Source of the DNA: Planctomycetota bacterium
GTDB taxonomy: Bacteria; Planctomycetota; UBA8108; SXIK01
Length of the DNA: 64,000 nt
Reading direction: 5' to 3'
NCBI GenBank assembly: GCA_965223265.1
Contig: OZ244999.1
Coordinates: 6,112,001-6,176,000 of the forward strand
In this document: one piece after another, positions 19,030-29,245 of the stretch
Numbering within the stretch: position 1 is the stretch's first letter
Layout: every line of letters begins with the position of its first letter
Translations under genes and position numbers: made by a program
Notes under the pieces: generated by a model
What the model saw: only the letters and a program-made list of their open reading frames with translations
Database searches by the model: none
What the model was told of the DNA's origin: nothing

Positions 19030-21645
19030 ATGACGTGCAGAAAGCTCGCCTCAGCAGATTGTGGAGGAGACCCTTTGGTTCAATCTTCCCCTGAAAAACT
19101 ACTGGCGCACCACGCCAGACGCATCCGCGAATCCGCCGTCGCCGACGAAGTCGCCGCAGCGCGTGGCTACCGCTCCGTCGAGGTCCGCGCCGAGCTCAGA
19201 CGACTCGGCTTCAGCGAGCGACAAGCGCGCACCCCAGCGCTTCTCGTACCCATCTACGACGTTCACGGCGAGGTCGCCACCTACCAAATCCGCCCCGACA
19301 CGCCGCGGGTCGACCGAAACGGTAAGAGCGTCAAGTACGAGACGATCGCCGGCGCCCGCATGGTCCTCGATGTGCCGCGGCCCGTGCGTCGCTGGCTCGG
19401 CGATCCAGCGCGGCCGCTCTTCGTGACCGAAGGAGCACGCAAGGCCGACTCGGCAGTCTCGCAGGGGCTCTGCTCGATCGCACTCCTGGGCGTGTGGAAC
19501 TTTCGCGGCACCAACGAGCAAGGTGGCAAATGCGCACTGGCGGATTGGGAGTCGATCGCGCTCAAAGGACGCAAGGTGTACGTCGCGTTCGACAGCGACG
19601 TCATGGAAAAGCAAGCAGTGCATGCGGCGCTGGCGCGACTGAAGGGATTTCTCGAGTCGCGCCAGGCGAACGTCCGGCTGATCTACCTGCCGCCAGGGGA
19701 CGCCGGCGAGAAGGTTGGACTCGATGACTACTTCGCAGCTGGCGGTACGACGAGCGAGCTCCTCACCTTCGCCGAGACGGAGCTGAGGGGCGGCGCATTC
19801 ACCGCCGAGACCTACAGCGCCACCGAGGATGGGCTTGTGTGGAATCGCGTGCTTCGCGATGAAATCTCGCCGGTGCCGCTGGCGAACTTTGTCGCCACGA
19901 TCGTTCGCGACATTGAGATCGATGATGGTGCCCAGCCGCGGCGCGAGTTCGAACTGAGCGCGCGCCTCGGGAGTGAAGAGCGCAGATTCACCGTGCCCGT
20001 GGCTCGCTTTCGCAGCCTCGACTGGGCGAGCGAGCACCTCGGCGCCAAGGCGATCATCTATCCCGGCGAAGGCAAGCGCGATCACACGCGCTGCGCCGTG
20101 CAGACCTTGAGTGAAGAGGTGGAAGCGGCGAAGGTCTTTGCGCACACCGGTTGGCGGGCGGTAGGCGGCGAGCAGCTCTATCTCCACGCCGGTGGCGCGA
20201 TCGGTGCAGCGGGCATGTGCGCAGACGTTCGCGTGGAGCTCGAAAGCGCACTTGAAAACTACTCGCTCCCCGAGCCGCCGTGCGGCGCGGAGTTGACCGC
20301 GTTCGTGCGCGCGAGCATCTCATTCCTCGACGTCGCACCGCGCCGCGTCACGCTGCCTCTTCTTGCGGCCACCTACCGCGCCGTTCTCGGCGACGTTCGC
20401 GTCAGTCTCCATCTCGCCGGGCAGAGCGGGGCCGGCAAGACGGAGCTTGCGGCAGTAGCGCAGCAGCACTTCGGCGCCGCCATGGATGCGTCGAGCCTGC
20501 CGGGGAGCTGGTCGAGTACGGCGAACTCGCTCGAACGCGTGGCGTTCACTGCCAAGGACGCGCTCCTCGTCGTCGATGACTTTTGTCCGATCGGCAGTCA
20601 TCAGGACATCACGCGCCTGCACGGCAGTGCGGATCGGCTCTTCAGAGCGCAGGGGAATCGCTCGGGCAGGCAGCGACTGCGCGCCGATGGTGAAGTCATT
20701 CGGGCGCGGCCGCCGCGCGGACTGATCGTCTCGACCGGTGAGGACATACCGCGCGGCGAGAGTCTCCGTGCGCGCATGGTCATCGTCGAGATCGGGCGAG
20801 GCGACGTTGACTGGAGGGCGCTCACAGAAGCCCAAGGCGCCGCGCGCAGCGGAGAGCTTGCTGGTTCGATGGCTGCGTTCATTTCCTGGCTCGCGCCGCA
20901 GCGAGACGAGATGCGAGACGTGCTCGAGCGAGAGGTCGTGCGGCTGCGCGCCGAACTGGCGGAGAGCCCGCGTGCGCACAAGCGATCGCTCGGCAACTTT
21001 GCGAGCCTCCTCGCCGGTTGGAACATCTTTCTTTGGTTCGCGGTGGGTGCCGATGCCATCGACGGCAGTGCCGCAACGAAGCTCGGGGACGAGGCGAAGA
21101 ACGTCTTCCTGGAGCTCGGCCGCGAGCAGACCGAGCACGAGCGTGCAGAAGATGCGACCGAGCGCTTCTTCGCACTCCTCGGCGCGGCGATCGCGGCGGG
21201 CCAAGCGCACGTCGCCTCGGTCGACGGCACCCCACCGGACGACCCGCTCGCCTGGGGCTGGCGAAGCGCGTCCGGCGACGACCAGCGCGCACCGCTCTGG
21301 CAACCGCAGGGCGATCGCATCGGTTGGCTGGGATCGGAGGGCGACCTGCTGCTCCAGCCAGAGGCGGCGTACTCCATGGTGCAAAAGCTCGCGGCAACCG
21401 TCGGTGGAACGGTCGGCGTTGGGATGCGGACGCTTCAGCGACGGCTGGAGGAGAGAGGGCTTCTGCGGCGAGTCGATGCAGGCCGCACCACGGTGCGGGT
21501 GACGCTGCAGGGGGTGAAGCGGCGGGTATTGTGCGTGGCGTGTGAGATGGTAGGCGGGAGCGGAGGGGATTCGGGCGGCACACGCTCTGCGAGAAGTCTC
21601 GCCGAGAAGGGCCGCCGGGAATCGGTGCAGCGTTTCTTGTGGTAG
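19030..21645 (+). CDS. TOPRIM primase (DUF3854-like) fused to a P-loop helicase (DUF927/Cch-like); replication protein of a mobile element
   Basis: TOPRIM motifs LFVTEGARKADS, YVAFDSD, KVGLDDY; Walker A GQSGAGKT; Walker B LLVVDDF. Start uncertain (ATG 19030 or TTG 19075; ORF open from 18904). Confidence 0.85.
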   Translation: MTCRKLASADCGGDPLVQSSPEKLLAHHARRIRESAVADEVAAARGYRSVEVRAELRRLGFSERQARTPALLVPIYDVHGEVATYQIRPDTPRVDRNGKSVKYETIAGARMVLDVPRPVRRWLGDPARPLFVTEGARKADSAVSQGLCSIALLGVWNFRGTNEQGGKCALADWESIALKGRKVYVAFDSDVMEKQAVHAALARLKGFLESRQANVRLIYLPPGDAGEKVGLDDYFAAGGTTSELLTFAETELRGGAFTAETYSATEDGLVWNRVLRDEISPVPLANFVATIVRDIEIDDGAQPRREFELSARLGSEERRFTVPVARFRSLDWASEHLGAKAIIYPGEGKRDHTRCAVQTLSEEVEAAKVFAHTGWRAVGGEQLYLHAGGAIGAAGMCADVRVELESALENYSLPEPPCGAELTAFVRASISFLDVAPRRVTLPLLAATYRAVLGDVRVSLHLAGQSGAGKTELAAVAQQHFGAAMDASSLPGSWSSTANSLERVAFTAKDALLVVDDFCPIGSHQDITRLHGSADRLFRAQGNRSGRQRLRADGEVIRARPPRGLIVSTGEDIPRGESLRARMVIVEIGRGDVDWRALTEAQGAARSGELAGSMAAFISWLAPQRDEMRDVLEREVVRLRAELAESPRAHKRSLGNFASLLAGWNIFLWFAVGADAIDGSAATKLGDEAKNVFLELGREQTEHERAEDATERFFALLGAAIAAGQAHVASVDGTPPDDPLAWGWRSASGDDQRAPLWQPQGDRIGWLGSEGDLLLQPEAAYSMVQKLAATVGGTVGVGMRTLQRRLEERGLLRRVDAGRTTVRVTLQGVKRRVLCVACEMVGGSGGDSGGTRSARSLAEKGRRESVQRFLW

Positions 21646-21955
21646 CGTGGAGAGGTGGCCTTGGGTGGAAAAACGATGCCTGACTTACTACGCCATGAAC
21701 TGCGGGCATCCAGCGGGAAACGGTGTCATAAGTAGTTCAAATTGATCAATTTAGGACTACGCTGACGACGCTCTGATAACTTCTTGGTTGAACCACGTTG
21801 GAAATCGCCTCGGACAATTAGCCCCGTTCGGACCAGTCTGAACGCCTGCCGGCCACCTTTGCGGCTCCGCGTCCGAGGATATAGAATGTGAGATTATCGG
21901 GCCGTTAAAGTGAAGAGCCCCTGCCTGCTTGCTGCCCTCGAAGGGGAGTGCTCCG

Positions 21956-22966
21956 TTGACAGAACGAGCAGAGGTCATACTGGTCGAGTCTCGACTGGAC
22001 GGCCTGACCACCAAATCCCGTAAGACCGCTGAGAACGAGATTCAACTGGTTTACTCGATTCTGAAGAAGGCGGTCGAGAGCCTCAGCGACCAACCGACGT
22101 TGGGTCGCTGCTCCCTTCGCTTCCTCGTGTCGCCTGAATACTCGCAAGTTGTTAACGAGGTTTCGCAGGAGTACGAGGAGGGCTTGCAGCCATACGCCGA
22201 TGTGCGAAGACACGTTGTGGCGATGGCGATCACCAAGTTTCGACGAAACCGAGACGACACGAAGGCGACCGTCATCGTCAATTCCCGGCTGTGGGACAAC
22301 CTCGAAGGCGAAGCTCTCTTCTTTCGGGTCCATACTCTCCTGCACGAGGTTTGTCATGTGTTGATGGGAATCCAAAAACTGGAGGAGAAGCCCAAGGCCC
22401 AGACTTTCGATTTCTATCGCAACTTCATCGCGGAACAGGCATACGAGGAGTACCGAGTAGACCACCTGACAGGTCAACTCATCGAGTCATTCGGGATCTT
22501 CAGTGACGGTGACGGCCGCCTGATCACAGCGCCCATGATGCTCGGCGATCGCTATTCTCACGTTGCCGTCGCTATGAGCGATGACATCGTTGACTGGGTT
22601 GACCGACGAGTCCGGAACTACCCGGCCACCCAAGAAGGTCTCAACGCCATTCACGATGAAGTCTTTTCGATGTTGCAGGAGTTATTCGTCGTTTTCGCCC
22701 ACTACCTTGCAACCAACGACGAGGAGAAGACAGACGATCTCAAAGAGAACCTAAAGCGCGCGAAGGGATTTAACGCTTTCGTCGAACCTGACTGGGATGC
22801 CCTTGTCAGTGGCTTCCAGGAACCGAGCTGGGACGTTGGCGTTCAGGGAATCGAACAGGTCTTTGAGAACACCCTTCATCGCATGGGAATCGTTCCGAAA
22901 GATGTTCCGGCGGGCCTCTACATAGGTGTTCATGAACCAGCCGTCGTTGGGGAATCCGCACCATGA
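21956..22966 (+). CDS. HExxH zinc-metallopeptidase-like protein
   Basis: HTLLHEVCH with downstream EEYRVD; AAGGGGAG RBS before TTG 21956. Confidence 0.6.
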   Translation: MTERAEVILVESRLDGLTTKSRKTAENEIQLVYSILKKAVESLSDQPTLGRCSLRFLVSPEYSQVVNEVSQEYEEGLQPYADVRRHVVAMAITKFRRNRDDTKATVIVNSRLWDNLEGEALFFRVHTLLHEVCHVLMGIQKLEEKPKAQTFDFYRNFIAEQAYEEYRVDHLTGQLIESFGIFSDGDGRLITAPMMLGDRYSHVAVAMSDDIVDWVDRRVRNYPATQEGLNAIHDEVFSMLQELFVVFAHYLATNDEEKTDDLKENLKRAKGFNAFVEPDWDALVSGFQEPSWDVGVQGIEQVFENTLHRMGIVPKDVPAGLYIGVHEPAVVGESAP

Positions 22967-23850
22967 CGCCTGAGGAAAAGCAGAAGCATGCCGAGGGGGC
23001 ATATCACGGAGCGGCCGGTGTTGCGGAGTACATGGAAGAAAAGGTCAAGACGAGGCTCGAATCGATTCTGGGCGACCGCAGCCAACGCGAGACCCATCTC
23101 TTCGGCTACTTTCTCCGTGCCCTCGGCTTAATGCAGAGCGTCCGTGCTCTCAACAGCACACAACATTTCCAATCCGTTGTCGCGTGCAACAGGGCCTTGC
23201 TGGAAATCCTCGTTGACACGATTCTCGTTCGATACGACAACGACGGCCGCTCAGACAAGCTTCTTCCGGCATGGGAAGAGTCGGCCAAGCTCAAGCACTG
23301 CACGGCAACCGTTGAGTACTACAAGAAAACCAGACGGTACATCCCGGACGCCCTGCGAGTCAGGACGGATTTCGTCACGAACGACACGGCACGAGTGAAG
23401 GCGACTCGGGCGAAACTATGGCCGAATCGGCGGAAGCCAACGACTCATCCTCAGCGCTGGACGGGTCGTGCGAACCTGCTCGAAGACATCCGGGCTGCTG
23501 ACAACCTCCACACCGTTCATTTCCGCTTCTCGCAGTCGTCAAGTCTCGAAGAGTATTACGAGACAGAGTTTCGGGAGCTCTGCTGGAACGTGCACGGTTC
23601 GGGCTTCACAGCCATTCGAAACACACCTGCGGAGACCATCGTCGGCATCTGTTCGTTCGGCTGGCTATCCTCCGCCGATCTCGCCTTGGAATGCTCGAAG
23701 CTCGTGCTCTTGAGCTTCGGATTCGACAAGGTGCTGGATCTTCCCGACGAATGGAAAAACATCGAGGACAACAGAGTCCGCATCCTGTTCGACCTTGTTA
23801 CGAAAGGCGACACGGAAGAGCCTGCCGTAGCCCAGCCTATAGACGGTTGA
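22963..23850 (+). CDS. DUF5677/HEPN-like protein
   Basis: N-terminal RALLE and C-terminal YY..F-RELCWNVH (R-x6-H). ATGA overlap with the upstream gene. Confidence 0.6.
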   Translation: MTPEEKQKHAEGAYHGAAGVAEYMEEKVKTRLESILGDRSQRETHLFGYFLRALGLMQSVRALNSTQHFQSVVACNRALLEILVDTILVRYDNDGRSDKLLPAWEESAKLKHCTATVEYYKKTRRYIPDALRVRTDFVTNDTARVKATRAKLWPNRRKPTTHPQRWTGRANLLEDIRAADNLHTVHFRFSQSSSLEEYYETEFRELCWNVHGSGFTAIRNTPAETIVGICSFGWLSSADLALECSKLVLLSFGFDKVLDLPDEWKNIEDNRVRILFDLVTKGDTEEPAVAQPIDG

Positions 23851-23874
23851 ATCAGTTTCCTCCGTCCACATCCC

Positions 23875-24008
23875 TGGTCAGCGACAATTACTCCTATCGC
23901 CCGACGACAATGAAGAAGATCTTTCGGAAGTCGAGCGAGTCTTCGAGCGAGCATTTCCGAAAGATCTTCTTCATTGTCGCCAGAGAAAGAAATAGTTGAC
24001 GTCGACCA
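23875..24008. mobile_element. 134-bp IS21-type MITE with 8-bp target-site duplication
   Basis: TG...CA ends; CACATCCC at 23867-23874 and 24009-24016; perfect 25-bp internal IR 23905-23929 / 23955-23979. Confidence 0.8.
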
Positions 24009-24159
24009 CACATCCCACGTCGCCATCACGGAAAAGCGGGAGAGGCCGGGAGGGAGCACGAGAGACGCAGTGCCCGTTGAAAACTCGAAGGTTCCAGCCA
24101 GTTCGGATGATTGTACCGTCTGCGCCGCACCGTCTTCGGAAAACACACGGAGTTGTATC

Positions 24160-24801
24160 CTTCTAAGTCCTGCTTCGCGATCAGGAGTTGCTGCACCAGC
24201 AATGAGCAGCTCGCGAATAGCACCCGTCGTCCCTGCTGGACCAATTCTTGGGCGATCGCGCAAAGCAGATGAGTTTTGCCGCTGCCGGGGTTACCGAATG
24301 CCAGGACGTTCTCTGTACGATCGAGGAAGTTCCCTTCCAGGATGAAGGGGCTGGGGATGACGTAGGGCGAGGCGACGCTATGAATCCTCGGCAACCGCCG
24401 ACGTCACTCGGTGCGCCATCTGCGAGGAGACGGTGACGGTAGTTTTCTTCTTCGCATCCTGCGTTGCGTTGCGAAGGGTGCCACCTGCCGCAGTGCCGGT
24501 CAGTATCGCGGGGAGTGTCGGAGGATTCCCCACCGCATCTCGAGGTTCCAGCAGACAGCAGAACCTTTTGGCGGTTCTTCAAGAACTCCGTTTCGACTTG
24601 GTATGTCGAAATCACCCGGTCTCTGACCTGCATTAGACGTTCCAGCGTTCCAGCAGAGTCAACGTAGCCTCGTTCCTCGCACGGTAGGAATCGAGGAAGA
24701 TATTGGCAACCTTCTCCCCCCGGGGGGGAGAAGGTCACGACCTACCGGTCGTGACGTAATTTCTAGTTGTCGTCAGAGAAAGAAATAGTTGACGCCGGCC
24801 A
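24160..24801 (-). pseudogene. Internally deleted IS21 element (IstB ATPase fragment + IS end)
   Basis: ENVLAFGNPGSGKTHLLCAIAQELVQQGRRVLFASCSLLVQQLLIAK is IstB-like. The end segment 24767-24794 matches MITE end 23974-24001 at 27/28 nt. Confidence 0.75.
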
Positions 24802-25029
24802 GGACGCGCACGCGTCCTACCTCTCGGGGAAAGTCAGAGGAAGAAGCCAGGCAAGGAGTTGGGTTCTGAAGGCGGAGAAGTCGAAGACTCTGTCGCTTGA
24901 CCATGCGAAGAGGCGCGCTTGTCAACCGGCGTCGACAGTGTGCGAAAGAAATCGCGAACCCTGGTACAATCTGCTGCGCAGACACTGGTACACGACAGTT
25001 CTTTCAGGCCTTTCGAAGAGAAGACCGCA

Positions 25030-27141
25030 ATGGAGCAACCGCCTTCCAAAGACCCTTGGAGTGCCTTGACCCCAGAACAGAGGGCTATCGTGCGGTCGCG
25101 CGTCGGAACGCGGCTTCGCCGGGCGATGAACGAAGGGGTTGGGTTCGCGCTTGCTGCGATTCTTCTTCTAACTGTTTGCGCCGTTTCGGCCCGCCTGACT
25201 TGGAACCACTTCTCGAGATATCACGACAGTGTTGACTTAGACTTCTCCCGTACGATGCGTGCAACCCATGAACCACGCGTCGATGAGCCGTACTCAGGAA
25301 TCCTGGCCGCGGTTCTCGCTCCTTTCAATTCGAGTTCTACAACGGTTCCGAGAGTTGACCACGAATCAGAAGTTCTTCGTTCAATTGCAGTAGTCCACAA
25401 GACGTTCCGGATGTTGGTAGCCGAAGTGCTGGGAAACGCTGAAGCAGCTACGGCGATCAAACATGCGGCTGACAACTTGCTCCCACTCGGGGGGAAGCTG
25501 AATGACGTCGCGCTTTCGGAAGAGATAACTGCGGTAAGAGACGGAGCCACGCCCGTCGTGAAAGAACGACCTTTGGGAACCGCGAGCATTGGTTATGCCC
25601 GAGGATACGGCGGGATGGGTAGTGTGACGCCCCCCGCGATAGCAGACGCAGCTCTGAATTTCCACGTCCTGGTGCCTTCACTCCTGGATTTGTGTCCGGA
25701 GGACGAGCAGGAGGAGTGTTACTCCGACCGCGTCAAAGAGGCGATACGAGTCTCCTTCTTGTTGGATGACGTCATCTCGCCTGCGGTTAGCCGTCACGAA
25801 ACAGAGAACGCCGACTCGACTCGATTTGTGCAGGCGTATTTCATTTCCGTTGACAGCGTCCTGTCAATTTGGAGCGAGAAAGACAAACTACCCGAGAATC
25901 TCTACCCAGCGCCACGTCTGTGGGCAGCTGCTCACTACTTTCAACAGTTTCTGACCGATGACTTGACTCGAGTACGCGGTTACTACACGACACCGAGCTA
26001 TCTAGATTACTCGGGATTCGGGATGGTACAAACGCATTGCACCTCAATCGTCAATCCGACGGATGGCAGGCTGTTGGGTATCCTGTGTACGGATTGGACA
26101 ATCCCTCAAGCGGACATCACAAGACGGCTCACGGAGAGTCGCCTGTTGTCATTCATCTATCTACGCGTGAACCTGAAAGACTACCCGTTTATTCCTCCCG
26201 ATTGGCCAGCGCTGCAAGCGTGGCGACCGCCTCGTTCCATGTCTCCGGATACCCCGGGCTTCCCTCCCTTGGACGGGAAGGCACAAGAGGGAGGATGGCG
26301 GAAGGCCGAAAGTGCTGTTCCGGGCATCGCAGCCGCGCTCACGTCCATCGCGGTTGAGAACCGGACTACTCTGGCCTCACATGCCGCTCAAAAACAACGA
26401 GCCGCCCGTGGCAAGGGACAGAAGAACGCCCCGCAGCAGCCACACGTTTACGCCGAACGGTACGAGCTGCAGCGTTTGGTCACGCAAATACCGTACGAAG
26501 GGAAGCAATCCTTTACCGTGCCCATAGGCTCAGCCGAAGACGTAGAAGGCAACTACGCCTTCAACGCTCTGTTGATTACCCCTCGAACTCCAGGACCGCC
26601 GACGGAGGCTTTCTGGCCCGCCGTGGTCGCTCTGACAAGTTTCGTTCTTGCGGGCGTGTTCGTGGTCATCGGTGGCACGCTTTCCAAAACAGCTCACCGA
26701 TACACAGAGCGCCTTGCCGTTTTGAGAACTCTTCAAGCGGGCGTCGTGATCGCAGATGGAGACGACATAATCCAGGAAGCTGACGACCGTGCCGAACGAG
26801 ACCTCGGCGTGCCGCTTCCCAAACTGGGCCAGCTGGAGTCGGCCGCTGGAACCCAAGAATTCGGAGCTCTGATAGACGGTCTCGTTGTGAAAGAAGATGC
26901 GGACGGGAACCTCCAAGCCCAAGCGTCTCCCTACGCGCAGGTCTCGCAGGAGCGTCAGCGAGGTAGTTGGACGTCGTATTACGCTAAGCTGATACACGGA
27001 ACGCGGAAGGGCTATTGGGTTCATGTTTGGGCGTCGCCAGTCTCTCGCGGTCGTGGCTCTGCACCTCGGGTCTTCGGAGTCGTTAGTCGGGTTAGCCCTG
27101 ACCGCGAAAAAGACCTCGGAAAGAAGGTCGTACAGAGATGA
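25030..27141 (+). CDS. Membrane receptor: TM - Cache-like sensor - TM - PAS, with no output domain
   Basis: Cache-like YYTTPSYLDYSGFGMV..DGRLLGILCTDWTI; second TM; PAS-like LQAGVVIADGDDII..WVHVWASPV..VFGVV at the C-terminus. Confidence 0.65.
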   Translation: MEQPPSKDPWSALTPEQRAIVRSRVGTRLRRAMNEGVGFALAAILLLTVCAVSARLTWNHFSRYHDSVDLDFSRTMRATHEPRVDEPYSGILAAVLAPFNSSSTTVPRVDHESEVLRSIAVVHKTFRMLVAEVLGNAEAATAIKHAADNLLPLGGKLNDVALSEEITAVRDGATPVVKERPLGTASIGYARGYGGMGSVTPPAIADAALNFHVLVPSLLDLCPEDEQEECYSDRVKEAIRVSFLLDDVISPAVSRHETENADSTRFVQAYFISVDSVLSIWSEKDKLPENLYPAPRLWAAAHYFQQFLTDDLTRVRGYYTTPSYLDYSGFGMVQTHCTSIVNPTDGRLLGILCTDWTIPQADITRRLTESRLLSFIYLRVNLKDYPFIPPDWPALQAWRPPRSMSPDTPGFPPLDGKAQEGGWRKAESAVPGIAAALTSIAVENRTTLASHAAQKQRAARGKGQKNAPQQPHVYAERYELQRLVTQIPYEGKQSFTVPIGSAEDVEGNYAFNALLITPRTPGPPTEAFWPAVVALTSFVLAGVFVVIGGTLSKTAHRYTERLAVLRTLQAGVVIADGDDIIQEADDRAERDLGVPLPKLGQLESAAGTQEFGALIDGLVVKEDADGNLQAQASPYAQVSQERQRGSWTSYYAKLIHGTRKGYWVHVWASPVSRGRGSAPRVFGVVSRVSPDREKDLGKKVVQR

Positions 27142-27611
27142 CCGGAATAGTGCTATGGCCGATTCTCGGCGTTGTGTTCTTGTGGTTCGTCGAACGAGTA
27201 TGCCGGCATAGCCTCACGATTCACGCTGTTCGGGAAGGCGAACGGTTCTGGGTCACGATTCGAAACGAAGAGGACGTTCCCTTGGACGTTCCGGTTCAGA
27301 TGTTGGTTTCGGTTGGCGCAGAGACAGGGCGGTTTGTCCGCGCAGAGTTGGTCTCGCGCATTCGCGTCCTCGGCACTGAAACCAAGTTTCAGTGTGACCA
27401 GAAATTCGAAGTGATTCTCCCAAGTCTAAGACCGTTCGAGTCTTTTGAGGTTTCGCTTGTCACTAATCGAGAAGAGGGGTCTCTGAAGGTGACGCTGGTT
27501 GGTTGGGACCTGGACAAGAGTCGGAAGAGGTGGTGGTTTCCCGTATTGACCAGAAAGCTGGATTGGAAGTATCGAACAGGCCAAGCACGAAGTCACATGG
27601 GGGCGGGATGA
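27138..27611 (+). CDS. Hypothetical membrane-anchored protein, coupled to the receptor gene
   Basis: ATGA overlap with the upstream stop; N-terminal TM, then a beta-rich domain. Confidence 0.55.
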   Translation: MTGIVLWPILGVVFLWFVERVCRHSLTIHAVREGERFWVTIRNEEDVPLDVPVQMLVSVGAETGRFVRAELVSRIRVLGTETKFQCDQKFEVILPSLRPFESFEVSLVTNREEGSLKVTLVGWDLDKSRKRWWFPVLTRKLDWKYRTGQARSHMGAG

Positions 27612-27880
27612 GAGATTGGTCGTTGTGGGTATTAATGACGCTTGGTGCGACGGCGGGCTTTTTCCTTGGTGCGACGACAGGTTTCTATCTACCGGCCGCT
27701 GTCGGATTCGATTCCGTGTCTCTTGATTCAGTCGACGCGATCTTCGCAGCATCACTGGTCGCACTTGTCTTGGTAGCGCTGGGGTTCTGCAGGAGACCCC
27801 CTACGGACTCGATTCCCGGGTACCGAAACGCCACGCACGTTTCACTAAGCCCTCCGAACGAACCCGAGGTCGGGAATTAG
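27608..27880 (+). CDS. Small 2-TM protein (or frameshifted C-terminus of the previous gene)
   Basis: ATGA overlap; two hydrophobic helices. Confidence 0.45.
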   Translation: MRDWSLWVLMTLGATAGFFLGATTGFYLPAAVGFDSVSLDSVDAIFAASLVALVLVALGFCRRPPTDSIPGYRNATHVSLSPPNEPEVGN

Positions 27881-27896
27881 ACGAAGGGAGTTGGGC

Positions 27897-27995
27897 TCAG
27901 CTCGCTTCGCTTTCGGCGAGGTGACGATAGAGGGTCGATCGCGACACGCCGAGTGTCCGGCACACCTCGGCGACTGACGTATCCCGGTCTCGACG
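27897..27995 (-). pseudogene. Serine resolvase C-terminal HTH remnant
   Basis: [25 protein letters not shown] is a resolvase-type HTH, truncated by the adjacent IS. Confidence 0.65.
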
Positions 27996-27999
27996 AAGG

Positions 28000-29142
28000 G
28001 CGACAGCCAGCCCGTTCGATTGACCGATGACGAGCGTCGACGACTCGCGCGGAGAGGCAAGGCCATCGGCAGGCGGGTCCTCGATGAAGTCGCAAGCATA
28101 GTTACGCCCGACACCATCCTGGGTTGGCATCGCAGGCTTATCGCCAGGAAGTGGGACTACAGCAAACGACGCCGGAAGGTCGGGAGACCTCGGGTGGACG
28201 TAGCGATCCCGCGGCTCGTTGTTCGTATGGCGCGCGAGAACACGACCTGGGGCTACACGCGGATACGTGGTGCGCTGAGTCATCTCGGCCATCAGGTCTC
28301 GCGTGGCACAATCGCCAAGATCCTCAAGGACAACGGGATAGAGCCTGCTTTCGAACGCCGCAAACGCACGCCGTGGCGAACGTTTCTCGAACGCTCATTG
28401 GGAGACGCTCGCCGCCGCGGACTTCTTCACTGTGGAGGTCGCTCGGCCCACTGGGTTGGTCACTTACTACATTCTTTTCGTCATCGAACTCTCGACGCGC
28501 CGCGTTCACGTCGGAGGCATCACGCCGGCACCGGACGCACAATTCATGAAGAAGGTCGGACGTAGTCTTACCGATGGCTTCGACGGCTTCCTGCTCGAGA
28601 AGCGCTACCTTATCCTCGACCGCGACAGCAAGTACACCGACGACTTCCGGCGGCTTCTCGAGGACTCCGGCACCAACACTGTTCGCCTGCCCGCGGGACG
28701 TCCGAACCTGAACGCCTTCGCTGAGCGGTTCGTCCTCTCGATCAAGAGCGAGTGCCTCGACCGCATGATCTTCTTCACCGAGGGCGCGCTGCGGCGTGCA
28801 GTTCGATCCTTCGTCGATCACTATCACGCGGAGCGGAGTCACCAGGGACTCGGCAATCAACTCATCGAGCCCGGTGACGTCGCCACCGATCCAATTGGTC
28901 GAGTCCGTTGTAACAAACGACTCGGTGGCTTGCTTCGTTACTACCATCGACGCACTGCGTAGGGGTGGGGCCGGCCCGCAAATGTCGAGTCCGATGCTGC
29001 GACCTGGGCAGTTGCACTACGGACAGCGTTCGACGACGTTGCAGATTCAGAGAACCTGGTCGACTTTCGTTCGAAATTTGCGATTGCCGAGTGTGGTCAA
29101 TTCGTTGGCTTTGCACGTCGTTCTAGTTTTTGGACAGCACGC
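28000..29142 (+). pseudogene. rve/integrase-core IS transposase, 5'-truncated and frameshifted near 28390
   Basis: [29 protein letters not shown] in one frame; [44 protein letters not shown] in another. End-like TTTTTGGACAGCACG near 29127-29141. Confidence 0.8.
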
Positions 29143-29245
29143 GTATGGCCGCCGGGCAGCGAGTCTTTCTTGTCGTGGCGCCAATGGCGACGATCCAGGA
29201 GCAGAATACTGTGCGTCGCGTGTGAGAAGGGATAGGCTCGCACGT

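Noticed and set aside
21721-21750. dif/Xer site (CGGTGTCATAA...)
   Set aside because: Only a weak XerC-arm resemblance; no XerD arm.
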